From Candidatus Hydrogenedentota bacterium (lineage in GTDB: Bacteria > Hydrogenedentota > Hydrogenedentia > Hydrogenedentales > SLHB01), in assembly GCA_963668025.2 (NCBI GenBank), contig CAXXTH010000014.1, positions 64,001-128,000 of the forward strand: a stretch of 64,000 bases of DNA, read 5' to 3'. The notes beneath the pieces are model-generated. The model ran no database searches, was not told the origin of the DNA, and saw nothing but the letters and a program-made list of their open reading frames with translations. Both the position numbers and the translations under genes were made by a program. Positions 1 to 9,904 of the stretch are shown here, piece by piece (position 1 is the stretch's first letter; each line of letters starts with the position of its first letter).

Positions 1-207
1 GGCTTTCAATATCGGTCGGTCATTTTTTACTTCAACGCGGAACAACAAACCGCCGCCAATGAATCAAAACGCACGCTTGACGAGTCGGGGAAGCTGGCGG
101 GCCCCATCGTCACAACCATCGAGCCCGCCAAAACCTTCTGGCCTGCCGAGGAATATCATCAGCGCTACCTCGAAAAACATGGATTCGCCGCGTGCCATAT
201 CCAGTAG
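1..207 (+). CDS. msrA: Peptide-methionine (S)-S-oxide reductase, 3' end (partial; MsrA or MsrA domain of MsrAB)
   Basis: Frame 1 (not in the ORF track) reads [10 protein letters not shown]...[33 protein letters not shown], containing the MsrA QYRSxIF and FxxAExYHQxY motifs; stop TAG at 205-207. Confidence 0.92.
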   Translation, partial: GFQYRSVIFYFNAEQQTAANESKRTLDESGKLAGPIVTTIEPAKTFWPAEEYHQRYLEKHGFAACHIQ

Positions 208-384
208 GCGGCAAACCGTCCAGCCGGGCCACATGCATGAGGAAAAGTCCGGCGCTTGTGTGATAATATGTCGCTTGATTCGGCGATGGGCCGGAGCCCG
301 GCATAATGATGGGGATGCCATGCCGCGCGATGGGCGGATAGCCTATCATGAGGAGGCGTGGGGAGTAAGGGAAACACCGGAAAT

Positions 385-1005
385 ATGAAAACGCGAATGA
401 TCCGCTGGAGTGCATGGGTGCTGCTGCCGCTGGTAATAGGGGGATGCAGTATGTTCCGGGATAAAGATGGCCAAGCCGCACCTCCTGGCCGCAGCGCGGA
501 AGCAACGGTGCAGCCGGGCGGCGATTACGAGGCGGCATTGCGCGAACTCGTCCGCAGAGACATCAGCTCCAACTGCACGCTCGATAACGATGCGGATGCC
601 GTACTGCGCCATTCCACTCCTTATTATTACCGCGAATTGGTCCTATATCCAGACGGCCCAGATCAATTCACCCTTCAAATGCGGGAAACAGACTCCAAGA
701 CCAAGCCGTATGTAGCTGAGGTCAAAGCTAATATGATTCGATATTGCACCAAGCTCAACCGCGACCGGTCGAACGCCGCATCCGATACCCATTTTTACCG
801 CAGCACGGGTGAAGAAACGATGACCTATATGTTGCGCAATGGCCGCTGGACCCGTTCAGGGGCCTTGTTTGTCGCGGGAAAAGTGGAAGAAAAAATCAAT
901 GGCGAATGGGTTCCTATAAAAGAAGAGATCCAGCGCGCCATGAATAAAGAGCCCGAACACAAGGGCTTCCTTGGAAAAGCATGGTCCTCCGTTTTCGGCG
1001 GTTAA
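385..1005 (+). CDS. Putative lipoprotein of unknown function
   Basis: MKTRMIRWSAWVLLPLVIGG-C signal peptide/lipobox; soluble domain follows; C-terminal amphipathic tail GFLGKAWSSVFGG. Confidence 0.75.
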   Translation: MKTRMIRWSAWVLLPLVIGGCSMFRDKDGQAAPPGRSAEATVQPGGDYEAALRELVRRDISSNCTLDNDADAVLRHSTPYYYRELVLYPDGPDQFTLQMRETDSKTKPYVAEVKANMIRYCTKLNRDRSNAASDTHFYRSTGEETMTYMLRNGRWTRSGALFVAGKVEEKINGEWVPIKEEIQRAMNKEPEHKGFLGKAWSSVFGG

Positions 1006-1027
1006 CCCACATATCGAGGAACAATAC

Positions 1028-1222
1028 ATGAAACATATGCGCGCGATTTCCATTCCTGCATTGGCGGACACCGATGACACGACAACCACCGTGTATACGG
1101 GCTTTTTGGATGTGCTGAGCGAAATCGTTAACTTTATTGTAAGCGGCACATGGGAGTCTGGATTCCAGATTTTCTCGGCTTTTGCCACTCTCTTCAATCA
1201 GGACGCCACGTTGACAAAATAA
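1028..1222 (+). CDS. Small (64 aa) hypothetical protein with short basic leader and amphipathic core
   Basis: SD-like GAGGA 7 nt before ATG at 1028; starts 22 nt after the lipoprotein stop; MKHMRAISIPALA-DTDDTTTT-VYTGFLDVLSEIVNFIVSG... Confidence 0.65.
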   Translation: MKHMRAISIPALADTDDTTTTVYTGFLDVLSEIVNFIVSGTWESGFQIFSAFATLFNQDATLTK

Positions 1223-1667
1223 CCTTAATACTATTTCGCGCCGCCATGCCTTACTGAGCGTGCAAGGGCGGGCAGTACCGATATGCTTCCGCCCCAATGG
1301 TTCAATCGAGGCGCAGGCGTATGCGGCCATGCGCAAGCAAGCGCCTCTTTGCATTCTATTCCACAATACCCATGCCATATTGAATCAATGCGTCTATTGA
1401 GGCAGGGATTCTCTTGCGCTGCCGGTGTGTATTGACAACAGAACACATATGGAGATAATAGCTGGGCGAACTCTAGCTGGATAGAGGAGGAATCTGCTCT
1501 AGACACCTTGATGGCTGGCGGCTTCGCGCGGTGGTGAAAAACCGCCAAGGCGGCCAGAGCAAATGCGGATGTGAATTCCAGGATGCTGTTTGCTGTTAGC
1601 ATGGAGTTACAGTTGGATGAAGAGGCTAGATAGTTGCTGTCTCGATGCAATCCTGCGGAATGCATGC

Positions 1668-4600
1668 ATGGGCCCAATGAGGTGCCTGGCACCTATTCTT
1701 GTTGTATTTTCATTGATGGCGGCGCTTGTATCGGAGCCGGCCAGCGGTGAAACGAATACCGTGCATATAGGCGTGCTTGCCCACCAAGGAACCTCCAAAT
1801 GCCTGGAGCAATGGGGGCCTACCGCGGCTTATCTCAATCAACAGATACCGGGATACTCCTTTGACATTCTGCCGCTGGAATATAACCATGTGGAAGAAGC
1901 AGCGAGTAAACGCAAAGCCAGTTTTTTCTTGGTTAATCCCGCGCAATATGTAGCGCTGGAAAAACATTACGCGGCACAGCGCATTGTCACTCTGCGTGAA
2001 AAAGCCGCAAAAGGCGTCTCATCCATTTATGGCGGCGTCCTTTTTTGCCGCGCCGGACGTACGGATATTAATTCTTTCTATGATCTTCGGCATAAGCATT
2101 TGCGAGCGGTTGATTCAGACTCCCTGGGCGGATGGCTCGCCGCACTACGTGAGCTTAAGGCTGCCGGGCTCAATCCCGATACGGATTTCGCATCCATCAC
2201 CTTCGCAAAAACGCACGACCAGGTCGTCAGGGATGTCCTTGAAGGAAGATTCGATGTAGGTTCCGTACGAACCGATGTTCTGGAACGCATGGCCGCCGCC
2301 GACCTTATCCACATGGAAGATTTTCGTATCCTTATACGGCCCGGCGGAGTGGAAGACGGCTTGCCCTTTCTCTGCTCCACTCGTACATATCCCCAATGGC
2401 CTTTAGCCATAATGCCTGAAGTTTCGGACACCCTGGCTTGCCAAGTCAGCATCGCACTGCTAAACATGAAAGAAGATGATCCCGCGGCGCAGGCCGCGCA
2501 TTCCGCGGGATGGACTGTTCCCGCGAATTACCAGCAATTGCACGAGTGCCTGCAAGAATTGCATATGGCCCCCTATGAAGATTTTGGCCACATTGCCTTG
2601 CGGGATGTCATCATGCGGTATTGGCTCCTAATGCTTGTATTTGCCTTGGGCTTCATCTTGATTGTATCGTTTGCCGTACACAATATGCGGCTGCATATGC
2701 GCGTACGCGCCGCACGAAATTTTCTTCAGACCGTCATTGATGCGTTTCCCGAATTTCTTGTGGTTCTAGATAGAAATTACCAGGTGCTGCTCGCGAATAA
2801 AAAAGCCGAAGCTCATGCGGGAAAAAATCCCGTCACAGCCGCCTTGAAATGCCACCAATTATCCCATGATTCCGATGTCCCTTGTGACGGCAAGGAAAAC
2901 AAATGCCCCGTGAAAGAAGTCCTGAACACAGGCCAGCCGGCTACCGTGTTGCATCGATATTCCACCAGCGACGGCAAAACCGCATATATTGAATTGCATG
3001 CGGCTCCCATTTTTGATGAGAACGGCGCGGTTATCCAGGTCATCGAATCCAGCCTGGATATATCCGCCCGCATGATTGCCGAAGAAAACTTGCGGGAACG
3101 TGAAGAGATGTTCCGCGCCATCAGCGCTTCCGCGCAAGACGCGATCATTATGATGGACCCCAGCGGCCGGATCTCGTTTTGGAATGACGCCGCCATTCGG
3201 ATATTCGGCTGGACTAGTGAAGAAGCCATAGGAAAGGAGCTTCACCAATTTCTCGCTCCCCGGGATCTGCAACAGCCTTTTCTAGCAGCGTTTGAACAAT
3301 TCCAGTACTCGGGCCATGGAGAATATGTCGGAAAAATCATCGAACTCGAAGGCCTACATAAAGATGGAACCATATTTCCTTTTGAGATATCATTCGCTGC
3401 GGTCAAATTGAAAGGAGCTTGGAACGCCATTGGCATCCTGCGGGATATCACGGAGCGCAAGCAATCCGAACTGGCTCTTCGTGAGAACAATGCCCGGATA
3501 CAAGCGATATTCAATGCCATTCAAACAGGCATCACGGTTGTAGACGAAAACACACACTGTATTATTGATGCAAATCCAGTGGCCGCGCGCATGATAGGCC
3601 TGCCCAAAGAGCAAATCATTGGCCGGGTATGCCACCAATTCATTTGCCCCGCCGAATGTGGGAAATGCCCCATCTCCGATCTCGGCCTGCAAGTGGATAA
3701 TTCAGAACGAGTCCTGCTCCGGGCTGATGGTTCGGAGCTTCCCATCCTTAAAACAGTGGTACAACTCGAACTCGATGGGCGGCCCTGCCTATTGGATTGC
3801 TTCGTGGATATTTCCGTGCAAAAACGCATTAATGACGCCCTGCGTGAGGCCAAAACGGAGGCGGAAGCCGCCACTCGTTCCAAATCAGAGTTCTTGGCGA
3901 ATATGAGCCATGAGATCCGCACGCCCATGAATGGAGTCATCGGCATGCTGGGACTGCTGCTCGACACCGAACTCGATGAGGAACAACGCCAATTCGCTGA
4001 AACCATATCAAATAGCGCCGATGCGTTGATGTCGATCATCAATGATATTCTCGATTTCTCTAAAATTGAAGCAGGCAAGCTGGATTTCGATGAAGTCGAT
4101 TTCGATCTGCGTGTAACCATCGAAGGCATCAGCGATATATTGGCATTGAAGCCCCAAGAAAGGGGCATCGATTTCACGTGCTTTATCGAGCCCGATGTGC
4201 CTTCGCTCCTTCGCGGCGATCCAGGAAGGCTTCGCCAAGTGCTCACCAACTTGGCCAGCAATGCAATCAAATTCACTCCAAAAGGGGAGATTGCCATCCA
4301 TATCAGCTTGCTTTCCGAAACGGATGCCCAGGCCTCCATCCGGTTCGCTGTGCGTGATACGGGGATCGGCATAGCCGCGACTCAACTACCATCCCTTTTC
4401 GAACCATTCGTACAGGCTGACACATCCATCACACGCCGGTATGGCGGCACCGGCCTAGGCCTCTCTATAAGCAGACAATTAGTAGAGCAAATGGGTGGAC
4501 ATATAGGGGCTCAAAGTGAAGAGGGGAAAGGCTCCACATTCTGGTTCACGGCTGTGTTTCAGAAACAGGCGGCCGTGGAACCGCTAGAAACAGCGCCTAT

Positions 4601-5795
4601 CCAGAAACTAACAGGCGTACGGATTCTTGCGGTGGATGACAACGCCACCAGCCGCCTCATTTTGAATAAACTGCTCACTTCTTGGGGCTGTCTTTTTAAT
4701 GAGGCGGCCGATGCGGAATCCGCCATTCAAAAGCTTAGATCGGCCGTTGGCGCACAAAATCAATACGATATAGCGATAATCGATATGCAAATGCCCCAAA
4801 TAGATGGCGAAGCGCTAGGGAAGGAAATCGTAAGCGACCCCGCCTTGCACGAAACCGCTCTAGTCGGTCTGTCTTCCGTGGGCAGGCGGGGCGATGCGGC
4901 GCGCCTAGAAAAAGTGGGTTTCGCCGCATATCTTACAAAACCCATAAAATCATCCCAACTGCGGGAATGCTTGTCTACGGTATTGACAAATAAAAGCGCC
5001 AATACAAGCAATAAACATATTATTACACGACACAGTGTGATCGATGGCCGCAAACACCGCGTGCGCATCCTGCTTGCGGAAGATAATCCCACCAACCAGC
5101 TCGTGGCCGCCAAAATGCTCGAACGGCTTGGATACCGGGTTGATATTGCAGACAATGGACTCGATGCGGTGAAAGCATTGGAAACGGTCCTCTATGATCT
5201 CGTCCTCATGGATGTCCAAATGCCTGAGTTGGACGGCTTCGAGGCCACCCGCCGTATCCGTTCCCGCCAGTCAAATGTGCTCTGGCATGATATCCCTATT
5301 ATCGCCATGACCGCGCATGCCATGAAAGGCGCCCGAGAGATGTGTGTCGCAGCAGGAATGACGGGATATATAGCAAAGCCCGTTAATCCCAAAGAGCTCG
5401 CCGACATCGTTGCGCAAAATCTGCCCGCCGCCGCGGAATCAAAACCAATGACCGAACGGGAAGCCGAACGCATTTTTGACAAGGCAGCCGTGCTCAAACG
5501 GGTGGGAGCAGACGAAGAACTGGTGGAGCGCATCGTCCAGACATACATTGAAGATACTGCCCGCCAGCTCGCATCCATGCGGGAATTGCTCAAGGCGAGT
5601 GAGTTCCAAGCCTTGCAAGAGCATGCAAACCGCCTGCACAGTGCATCGGTAAGCGTTGGAGCCAGCGCCATGGAGAAGGCGGCTATTGAACTCGAACTGG
5701 CTGCACGGCAGGCCGAACAAGAGCGAATTGCCGTTTTGTTTGAACACATACATCGAGAGCTTGCTCGTTTCACAAAAACAGTTCACAATAAGTGA
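1668..5795 (+). CDS. Hybrid sensor histidine kinase: PhnD/SsuA-type periplasmic binding domain, TM, 3 PAS, HisKA, HATPase, 2 receivers, HPt-like
   Basis: H-box FLANMSHEIRTPMNG; N-box LTNLASNAIKFT; G boxes DTGIG and GGTGLGL; receivers ILAVDDN..IIDMQMP and ILLAEDN..LMDVQMP; start uncertain (1668 or 1677). Confidence 0.93.
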   Translation: MGPMRCLAPILVVFSLMAALVSEPASGETNTVHIGVLAHQGTSKCLEQWGPTAAYLNQQIPGYSFDILPLEYNHVEEAASKRKASFFLVNPAQYVALEKHYAAQRIVTLREKAAKGVSSIYGGVLFCRAGRTDINSFYDLRHKHLRAVDSDSLGGWLAALRELKAAGLNPDTDFASITFAKTHDQVVRDVLEGRFDVGSVRTDVLERMAAADLIHMEDFRILIRPGGVEDGLPFLCSTRTYPQWPLAIMPEVSDTLACQVSIALLNMKEDDPAAQAAHSAGWTVPANYQQLHECLQELHMAPYEDFGHIALRDVIMRYWLLMLVFALGFILIVSFAVHNMRLHMRVRAARNFLQTVIDAFPEFLVVLDRNYQVLLANKKAEAHAGKNPVTAALKCHQLSHDSDVPCDGKENKCPVKEVLNTGQPATVLHRYSTSDGKTAYIELHAAPIFDENGAVIQVIESSLDISARMIAEENLREREEMFRAISASAQDAIIMMDPSGRISFWNDAAIRIFGWTSEEAIGKELHQFLAPRDLQQPFLAAFEQFQYSGHGEYVGKIIELEGLHKDGTIFPFEISFAAVKLKGAWNAIGILRDITERKQSELALRENNARIQAIFNAIQTGITVVDENTHCIIDANPVAARMIGLPKEQIIGRVCHQFICPAECGKCPISDLGLQVDNSERVLLRADGSELPILKTVVQLELDGRPCLLDCFVDISVQKRINDALREAKTEAEAATRSKSEFLANMSHEIRTPMNGVIGMLGLLLDTELDEEQRQFAETISNSADALMSIINDILDFSKIEAGKLDFDEVDFDLRVTIEGISDILALKPQERGIDFTCFIEPDVPSLLRGDPGRLRQVLTNLASNAIKFTPKGEIAIHISLLSETDAQASIRFAVRDTGIGIAATQLPSLFEPFVQADTSITRRYGGTGLGLSISRQLVEQMGGHIGAQSEEGKGSTFWFTAVFQKQAAVEPLETAPIQKLTGVRILAVDDNATSRLILNKLLTSWGCLFNEAADAESAIQKLRSAVGAQNQYDIAIIDMQMPQIDGEALGKEIVSDPALHETALVGLSSVGRRGDAARLEKVGFAAYLTKPIKSSQLRECLSTVLTNKSANTSNKHIITRHSVIDGRKHRVRILLAEDNPTNQLVAAKMLERLGYRVDIADNGLDAVKALETVLYDLVLMDVQMPELDGFEATRRIRSRQSNVLWHDIPIIAMTAHAMKGAREMCVAAGMTGYIAKPVNPKELADIVAQNLPAAAESKPMTEREAERIFDKAAVLKRVGADEELVERIVQTYIEDTARQLASMRELLKASEFQALQEHANRLHSASVSVGASAMEKAAIELELAARQAEQERIAVLFEHIHRELARFTKTVHNK

Positions 5796-5874
5796 AACGG
5801 CTCATCGCGTTGGGATCGGCGCGGGAAGCATATGCGGAATGGGCGTTAAGCGTCTTGTATGAGGAGGGAGTAGC

Positions 5875-6480
5875 ATGAAGATACTTGCAGCCGATGACGA
5901 TGTGACTTCCCGGCTTCTATTAGAAGCGATTCTGTCTAAATGGCATTACGAAGTGCTCGTAGTCAAGGATGGAAATGAAGCATGGGAAGTGCTTCAACAA
6001 GAAAATGCCCCATCGCTTGCCATTCTGGATTGGATGATGCCAGGATTGAGCGGGGCGGACATTTGCCGCCTGGCGTCCCAGCGCCCCGGCATATGCCACC
6101 CATATATTATACTACTTACCGCATTAGGACGCACCGAAGATATTGTCATCGGGCTCGAGGCTGGCGCCAGCGATTATCTCACCAAGCCATTCCATAGCGA
6201 GGAATTGCGCGCGCGTGTCGAAGTGGGCAAGCGCGTTGTCGAATTGCAAAATGACCTTGCGGGCCAAATCACCAAGCTCGAAGACGCCCTTGAACACATC
6301 AAACGCTTGCAAGGCATATTGCCCATTTGCATGCATTGCCACAAAATCCGCGACGATCAAGAATCGTGGCGCAGGCTCGAAGAATACATTCAAGCCCATT
6401 CCGAGGCCCAATTCAGCCATAGCCTCTGTCCAGAATGCCTGGAAAAATTTTATCCCGGCGATGACGAACCAGACGCTTGA
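5875..6480 (+). CDS. Response regulator with C-terminal Cys/His-rich output domain
   Basis: MKILAADDD..LDWMMP..DYLTKPF receiver; C-terminal LPICMHCHKIRD...FSHSLCPEC; SD GAGGAGG. Confidence 0.92.
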   Translation: MKILAADDDVTSRLLLEAILSKWHYEVLVVKDGNEAWEVLQQENAPSLAILDWMMPGLSGADICRLASQRPGICHPYIILLTALGRTEDIVIGLEAGASDYLTKPFHSEELRARVEVGKRVVELQNDLAGQITKLEDALEHIKRLQGILPICMHCHKIRDDQESWRRLEEYIQAHSEAQFSHSLCPECLEKFYPGDDEPDA

Positions 6481-6629
6481 AATCTGGGCATCCGAAGTGA
6501 TTAAATGCGCGGTTAATAGCGGGGACGAAAAGCCGCCAAAATAGGTTTTATGTCGGTAGGGCCATTGAGGCGGTATACTGAATAACCGCTTTGAAACCAG
6601 GCAATGCCTCCTGGAGTCTAATACGTATA

Positions 6630-6977
6630 ATGAACCACAGTGCTACAGAGACGCCTGAAAGTGAGCCTTCACTTCTAGGAACGATCGCGCATCATGAAGA
6701 GCGGATGCTTGCCCGCTTGGACGCTGCAAAGCAGAAGGCGGGGGAGATTATCGCCTTTGCACAGGCAAGCGTTGCGTCATTCGTTTCCACGGAAGCGGCG
6801 CACCTCGAAGAAGATATTTCCGCCATGTATCAGGCTGCTGAATCTGAGAGAAGGGGGCATGAAAACACGCTCCTAGAGACAGCGAAGCAGAAAGCGGCGG
6901 TGATTCGAGAGCAAGCGCTTAAGCGCGTCCCTGAAACCGCGAACACTATTGCCGAGCGGGTATTACCCCACGAATAA
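6630..6977 (+). CDS. V/A-type ATPase peripheral stalk subunit G (H)
   Basis: Ala/Glu/Lys-rich coiled coil of about 115 aa at the first position of the ATPase operon, where subunit G/H lies. Confidence 0.7.
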   Translation: MNHSATETPESEPSLLGTIAHHEERMLARLDAAKQKAGEIIAFAQASVASFVSTEAAHLEEDISAMYQAAESERRGHENTLLETAKQKAAVIREQALKRVPETANTIAERVLPHE

Positions 6978-6991
6978 AGCCAGGAGGCCGT

Positions 6992-8917
6992 ATGATTGTC
7001 CCCATGACGCGTGTAGAAGTAGTGTGCCTGCGCACTGCCTTTGCGGATGTCATCGCCCAGGTCCAGCAATTGGGTTTGGTGCATATAGATACAGTCCCCA
7101 AAGTGGTTTACGACGCCCCCGGTTTTCTTAACCCTGTCCGCTTGACGCTGGAACAGGAAGTAGATCTCGATGAACTCCGCATGATGGAGAAAACCCTTAA
7201 CGAGCTGATGCCGCTTCTTCCCACCCGTTTTGACGCCCCCGAAATCACTAAAGCCATATCACAACTTTCTGAAAAAGGCCGGTCGGCCTGGCCCGGTTTG
7301 CTGCATACTTGGAGCCGGAGATTGCGCTCCCTTGTGCGGCGCAAAATGAATCTTCAAGATAATATATCGGTCCTGAAAGAGTTCAACCGCCTACTCTGCG
7401 CTGTAGCCCCTCAAATCGACGCCCGCCAGGTGCGGATAGATAAAGGCGTTCGGCTCCTCGTCCTCAAAGGGAAAGCAGCCCACGCCCTCTCCGCTCTGCA
7501 TACCGCTCTGGATGAAGACTTCCTGGGGCAATACCAGCTTGTCCACCATCAAATTGAGCGCGGCGCTTTAGTGGGCCTATTAACATATCCCGGAAACCTG
7601 CACGACGCCATAGGTGAAACGCTTCAAAAAGCGGGCGTTGTTCCCGTGGATGCGCCCGATTATAGGCTAACAGGACAGACCATGGAAGAAGCCTTTTTAT
7701 ATATCCGGGAGCTCATAAATCGGCTGCAAAATGAGCTGGCGCTCGTTGAAAAAGAGCTTCAGGCATTCATTCAACACACGGGCCCCTCGATCAAGACATT
7801 AAAAACAGAGGTTACGGACCAACTAGCGAAGTACAAAATCACCGGGGAACTCGCGGGAAGCCATATGATCGGCGTTTTGCATGGATGGATCCCCAAGAAC
7901 CAGATTATCGAATTCTCCCAGAAGCTTTGCCAGCAGTTTCCTGACGCGGTCGTAAATGAACTGCCTGCTGAAGACTATGAGGCGCAGCGCATTCCTACGC
8001 TTCTTCACAATCATAAATTTCTTAGGCCCTTTGAACTGCTCCTTCAATTATACTCGCCGCCCACGTATGGCACCATCGATCCCAGCATCTGGGTGGGCGT
8101 TTCGTTTGTCATGTTCTACGGATTCATGATGGCCGATGTGGTGTATGGCGCAGCCCTCTTTCTATTATCCTGGTGGGTTTGGCGGAAGTGGGGCAAGTTA
8201 TATCCCGTCGCGTGCAGCATAGCGGCCCTCGGATGTTACATGGGTTTTTCGACAACCATCTTCGGACTGCTATTTGGCGAGTATCTAGGCGATCTGGGCT
8301 CCTATTTCTTCGGAATTCAACCCATTTGGGTCCATCGCATCAGCGGCGCCATGACACTCATGTACACGTCCATTATCGTGGGTTTTCTCCATATTGCCAC
8401 CAGCCTTCTAATCGGCATATGGCAAGCCGCCGCCCATCATGAAAAAAAGCATCTTCTCGAACGATTAGGCATGTTCTGCGGCCTGCTCGCCATTGGGCTG
8501 TTTGTACTGAGCGCCATGGGAATAGGGCCTTTCGCCAGCCAAGCCATGCGCTATCTTCCCATCGCCCCCGCTGTCTTCTGCGTAATCCTCCTTGTGTGGG
8601 CGCTGGGAGTCATGGCGCTGCTCCAGATGATCGAAGTGATTTCCCTCGCCACGAATGTCATGTCCTACACCCGTCTCATGGCCCTTGGCATGGCATCGAC
8701 CGCAATAGCCGATGTAGGCAACCATTTCGCGGAAGCCGCTTCGAATCCCTTTGTGGGCGTATCGTTTGACTTCATGTTTCACGTGCTCAACATCGCTCTC
8801 GGCTTATTCTCACCCACTTTGCATGCATTGCGCCTCAACTATGTCGAGTCGCTTCCTAAGTTCTATGACCCCAAGGGAACCAGTTACAAGCCGTTCAGAA
8901 AGGAGATTTTATGGTAG
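6992..8917 (+). CDS. ntpI: V/A-type ATPase subunit I (a)
   Basis: PTLLHN..PFE..PTYGTIDPS, FYGFMMADVVYG, NVMSYTRLMALG (essential Arg), LHALRLNYVE. Confidence 0.95.
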   Translation: MIVPMTRVEVVCLRTAFADVIAQVQQLGLVHIDTVPKVVYDAPGFLNPVRLTLEQEVDLDELRMMEKTLNELMPLLPTRFDAPEITKAISQLSEKGRSAWPGLLHTWSRRLRSLVRRKMNLQDNISVLKEFNRLLCAVAPQIDARQVRIDKGVRLLVLKGKAAHALSALHTALDEDFLGQYQLVHHQIERGALVGLLTYPGNLHDAIGETLQKAGVVPVDAPDYRLTGQTMEEAFLYIRELINRLQNELALVEKELQAFIQHTGPSIKTLKTEVTDQLAKYKITGELAGSHMIGVLHGWIPKNQIIEFSQKLCQQFPDAVVNELPAEDYEAQRIPTLLHNHKFLRPFELLLQLYSPPTYGTIDPSIWVGVSFVMFYGFMMADVVYGAALFLLSWWVWRKWGKLYPVACSIAALGCYMGFSTTIFGLLFGEYLGDLGSYFFGIQPIWVHRISGAMTLMYTSIIVGFLHIATSLLIGIWQAAAHHEKKHLLERLGMFCGLLAIGLFVLSAMGIGPFASQAMRYLPIAPAVFCVILLVWALGVMALLQMIEVISLATNVMSYTRLMALGMASTAIADVGNHFAEAASNPFVGVSFDFMFHVLNIALGLFSPTLHALRLNYVESLPKFYDPKGTSYKPFRKEILW

Positions 8918-9291
8918 GCCGCATGATGACGCTTCGGGTGCTCTTCCTTAGCCTCGCGCTTGGAGTAGCGCTGTGCAGTATGGCGGTGCCAGTACATGCG
9001 CAATCAACAAACACCGCGGAGGCCGCAAGCGCGGAAAACGCCGCCGCGAACACGCCCGTGGATATTGGCCGGGGTATTAAAATCGCTGGGCTCGCCATCG
9101 GCGCTGGGCTCGCCATTGCGGGCGGCGCTATCGGCACGGGCCGCGTGCAAGCCGCCGTGAGCGCCAGCGGTATCGGCGTCCTGGCGGAAAAACGCGAAAT
9201 GCTCTCCCTGATCTTCATTTTGCTGGCATTCCCCGAGACCCTTGTCGTGCTCGGTTTCGTGCTGGCTATCATGCTGATCAACCTTATGTAG
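8911..9291 (+). CDS. ntpK: V/A-type ATPase proteolipid subunit K (c), single hairpin with N-terminal signal peptide
   Basis: GAGLAIAGGAIGTGRVQ...LAFPETLVVLG with the ion-binding Glu; signal-like N-terminus ending VHA-Q. Confidence 0.93.
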   Translation: MVGRMMTLRVLFLSLALGVALCSMAVPVHAQSTNTAEAASAENAAANTPVDIGRGIKIAGLAIGAGLAIAGGAIGTGRVQAAVSASGIGVLAEKREMLSLIFILLAFPETLVVLGFVLAIMLINLM

Positions 9292-9304
9292 CTGATTATA
9301 AACC

Positions 9305-9904
9305 ATGGACCCACATCTATTGATAGAGGCCATGTCACGCGAGACGGATGACTCGTGCAAGGCCATTATCGCTGAAGCGCAAGCCAAGGCCAACGTCCTC
9401 ATGGAAGACGCCCGGCGTGAAGCCGCGCGCCGCCGCGAGACCGCCCTGGCCGAAGCCCGGCGCAAGCTTGATGACCTTGTCCGCATCGGCCTCGATCGCG
9501 CCAAAGCCCAGGCCGCCCGCGTTTCGCTTGAAACAGAAGACGAGATTGTCGCGGAGATAAATAAGCACGTGCATGAGGCGTTAATCCAAATCGCCGCGGG
9601 GCCTGGCTTCCGAGAGGTGTTATTAAGCCTCCTCACCCAAGCCATGGCCCGCACCACGGATGGGAAAGTGATCGTGCATGCGCCCCAGGCTCATGCCGCC
9701 GCATGCGCCGATTGGTTAAAAGCCCATGGATTCATGACGGCGGATGTACAGCCTTCCAGCGAAATCACGGATGGCGTTCTCATCGAAGACCAGGCCCGAA
9801 GCTACCGAATCACAAACACCCTGTCCCGGCGCTACGAACGCATGGCCAGCGATGCGCGGCGGTTTGCGGTTTCGCAGCTCTTCGGCGAAAGGGCCGGCTT
9901 ATGA
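9305..9904 (+). CDS. ntpE: V/A-type ATPase subunit E
   Basis: N-terminal coiled coil plus C-terminal ITDGVLIED..RITNTLSRR; operon position. Confidence 0.85.
   Translation: MDPHLLIEAMSRETDDSCKAIIAEAQAKANVLMEDARREAARRRETALAEARRKLDDLVRIGLDRAKAQAARVSLETEDEIVAEINKHVHEALIQIAAGPGFREVLLSLLTQAMARTTDGKVIVHAPQAHAAACADWLKAHGFMTADVQPSSEITDGVLIEDQARSYRITNTLSRRYERMASDARRFAVSQLFGERAGL

Noticed and set aside
1223-1667. Possible riboswitch or ncRNA in the long leader of the kinase
   Set aside because: GC-rich stems are present, but I could not match any conserved riboswitch core; an Rfam scan is needed.
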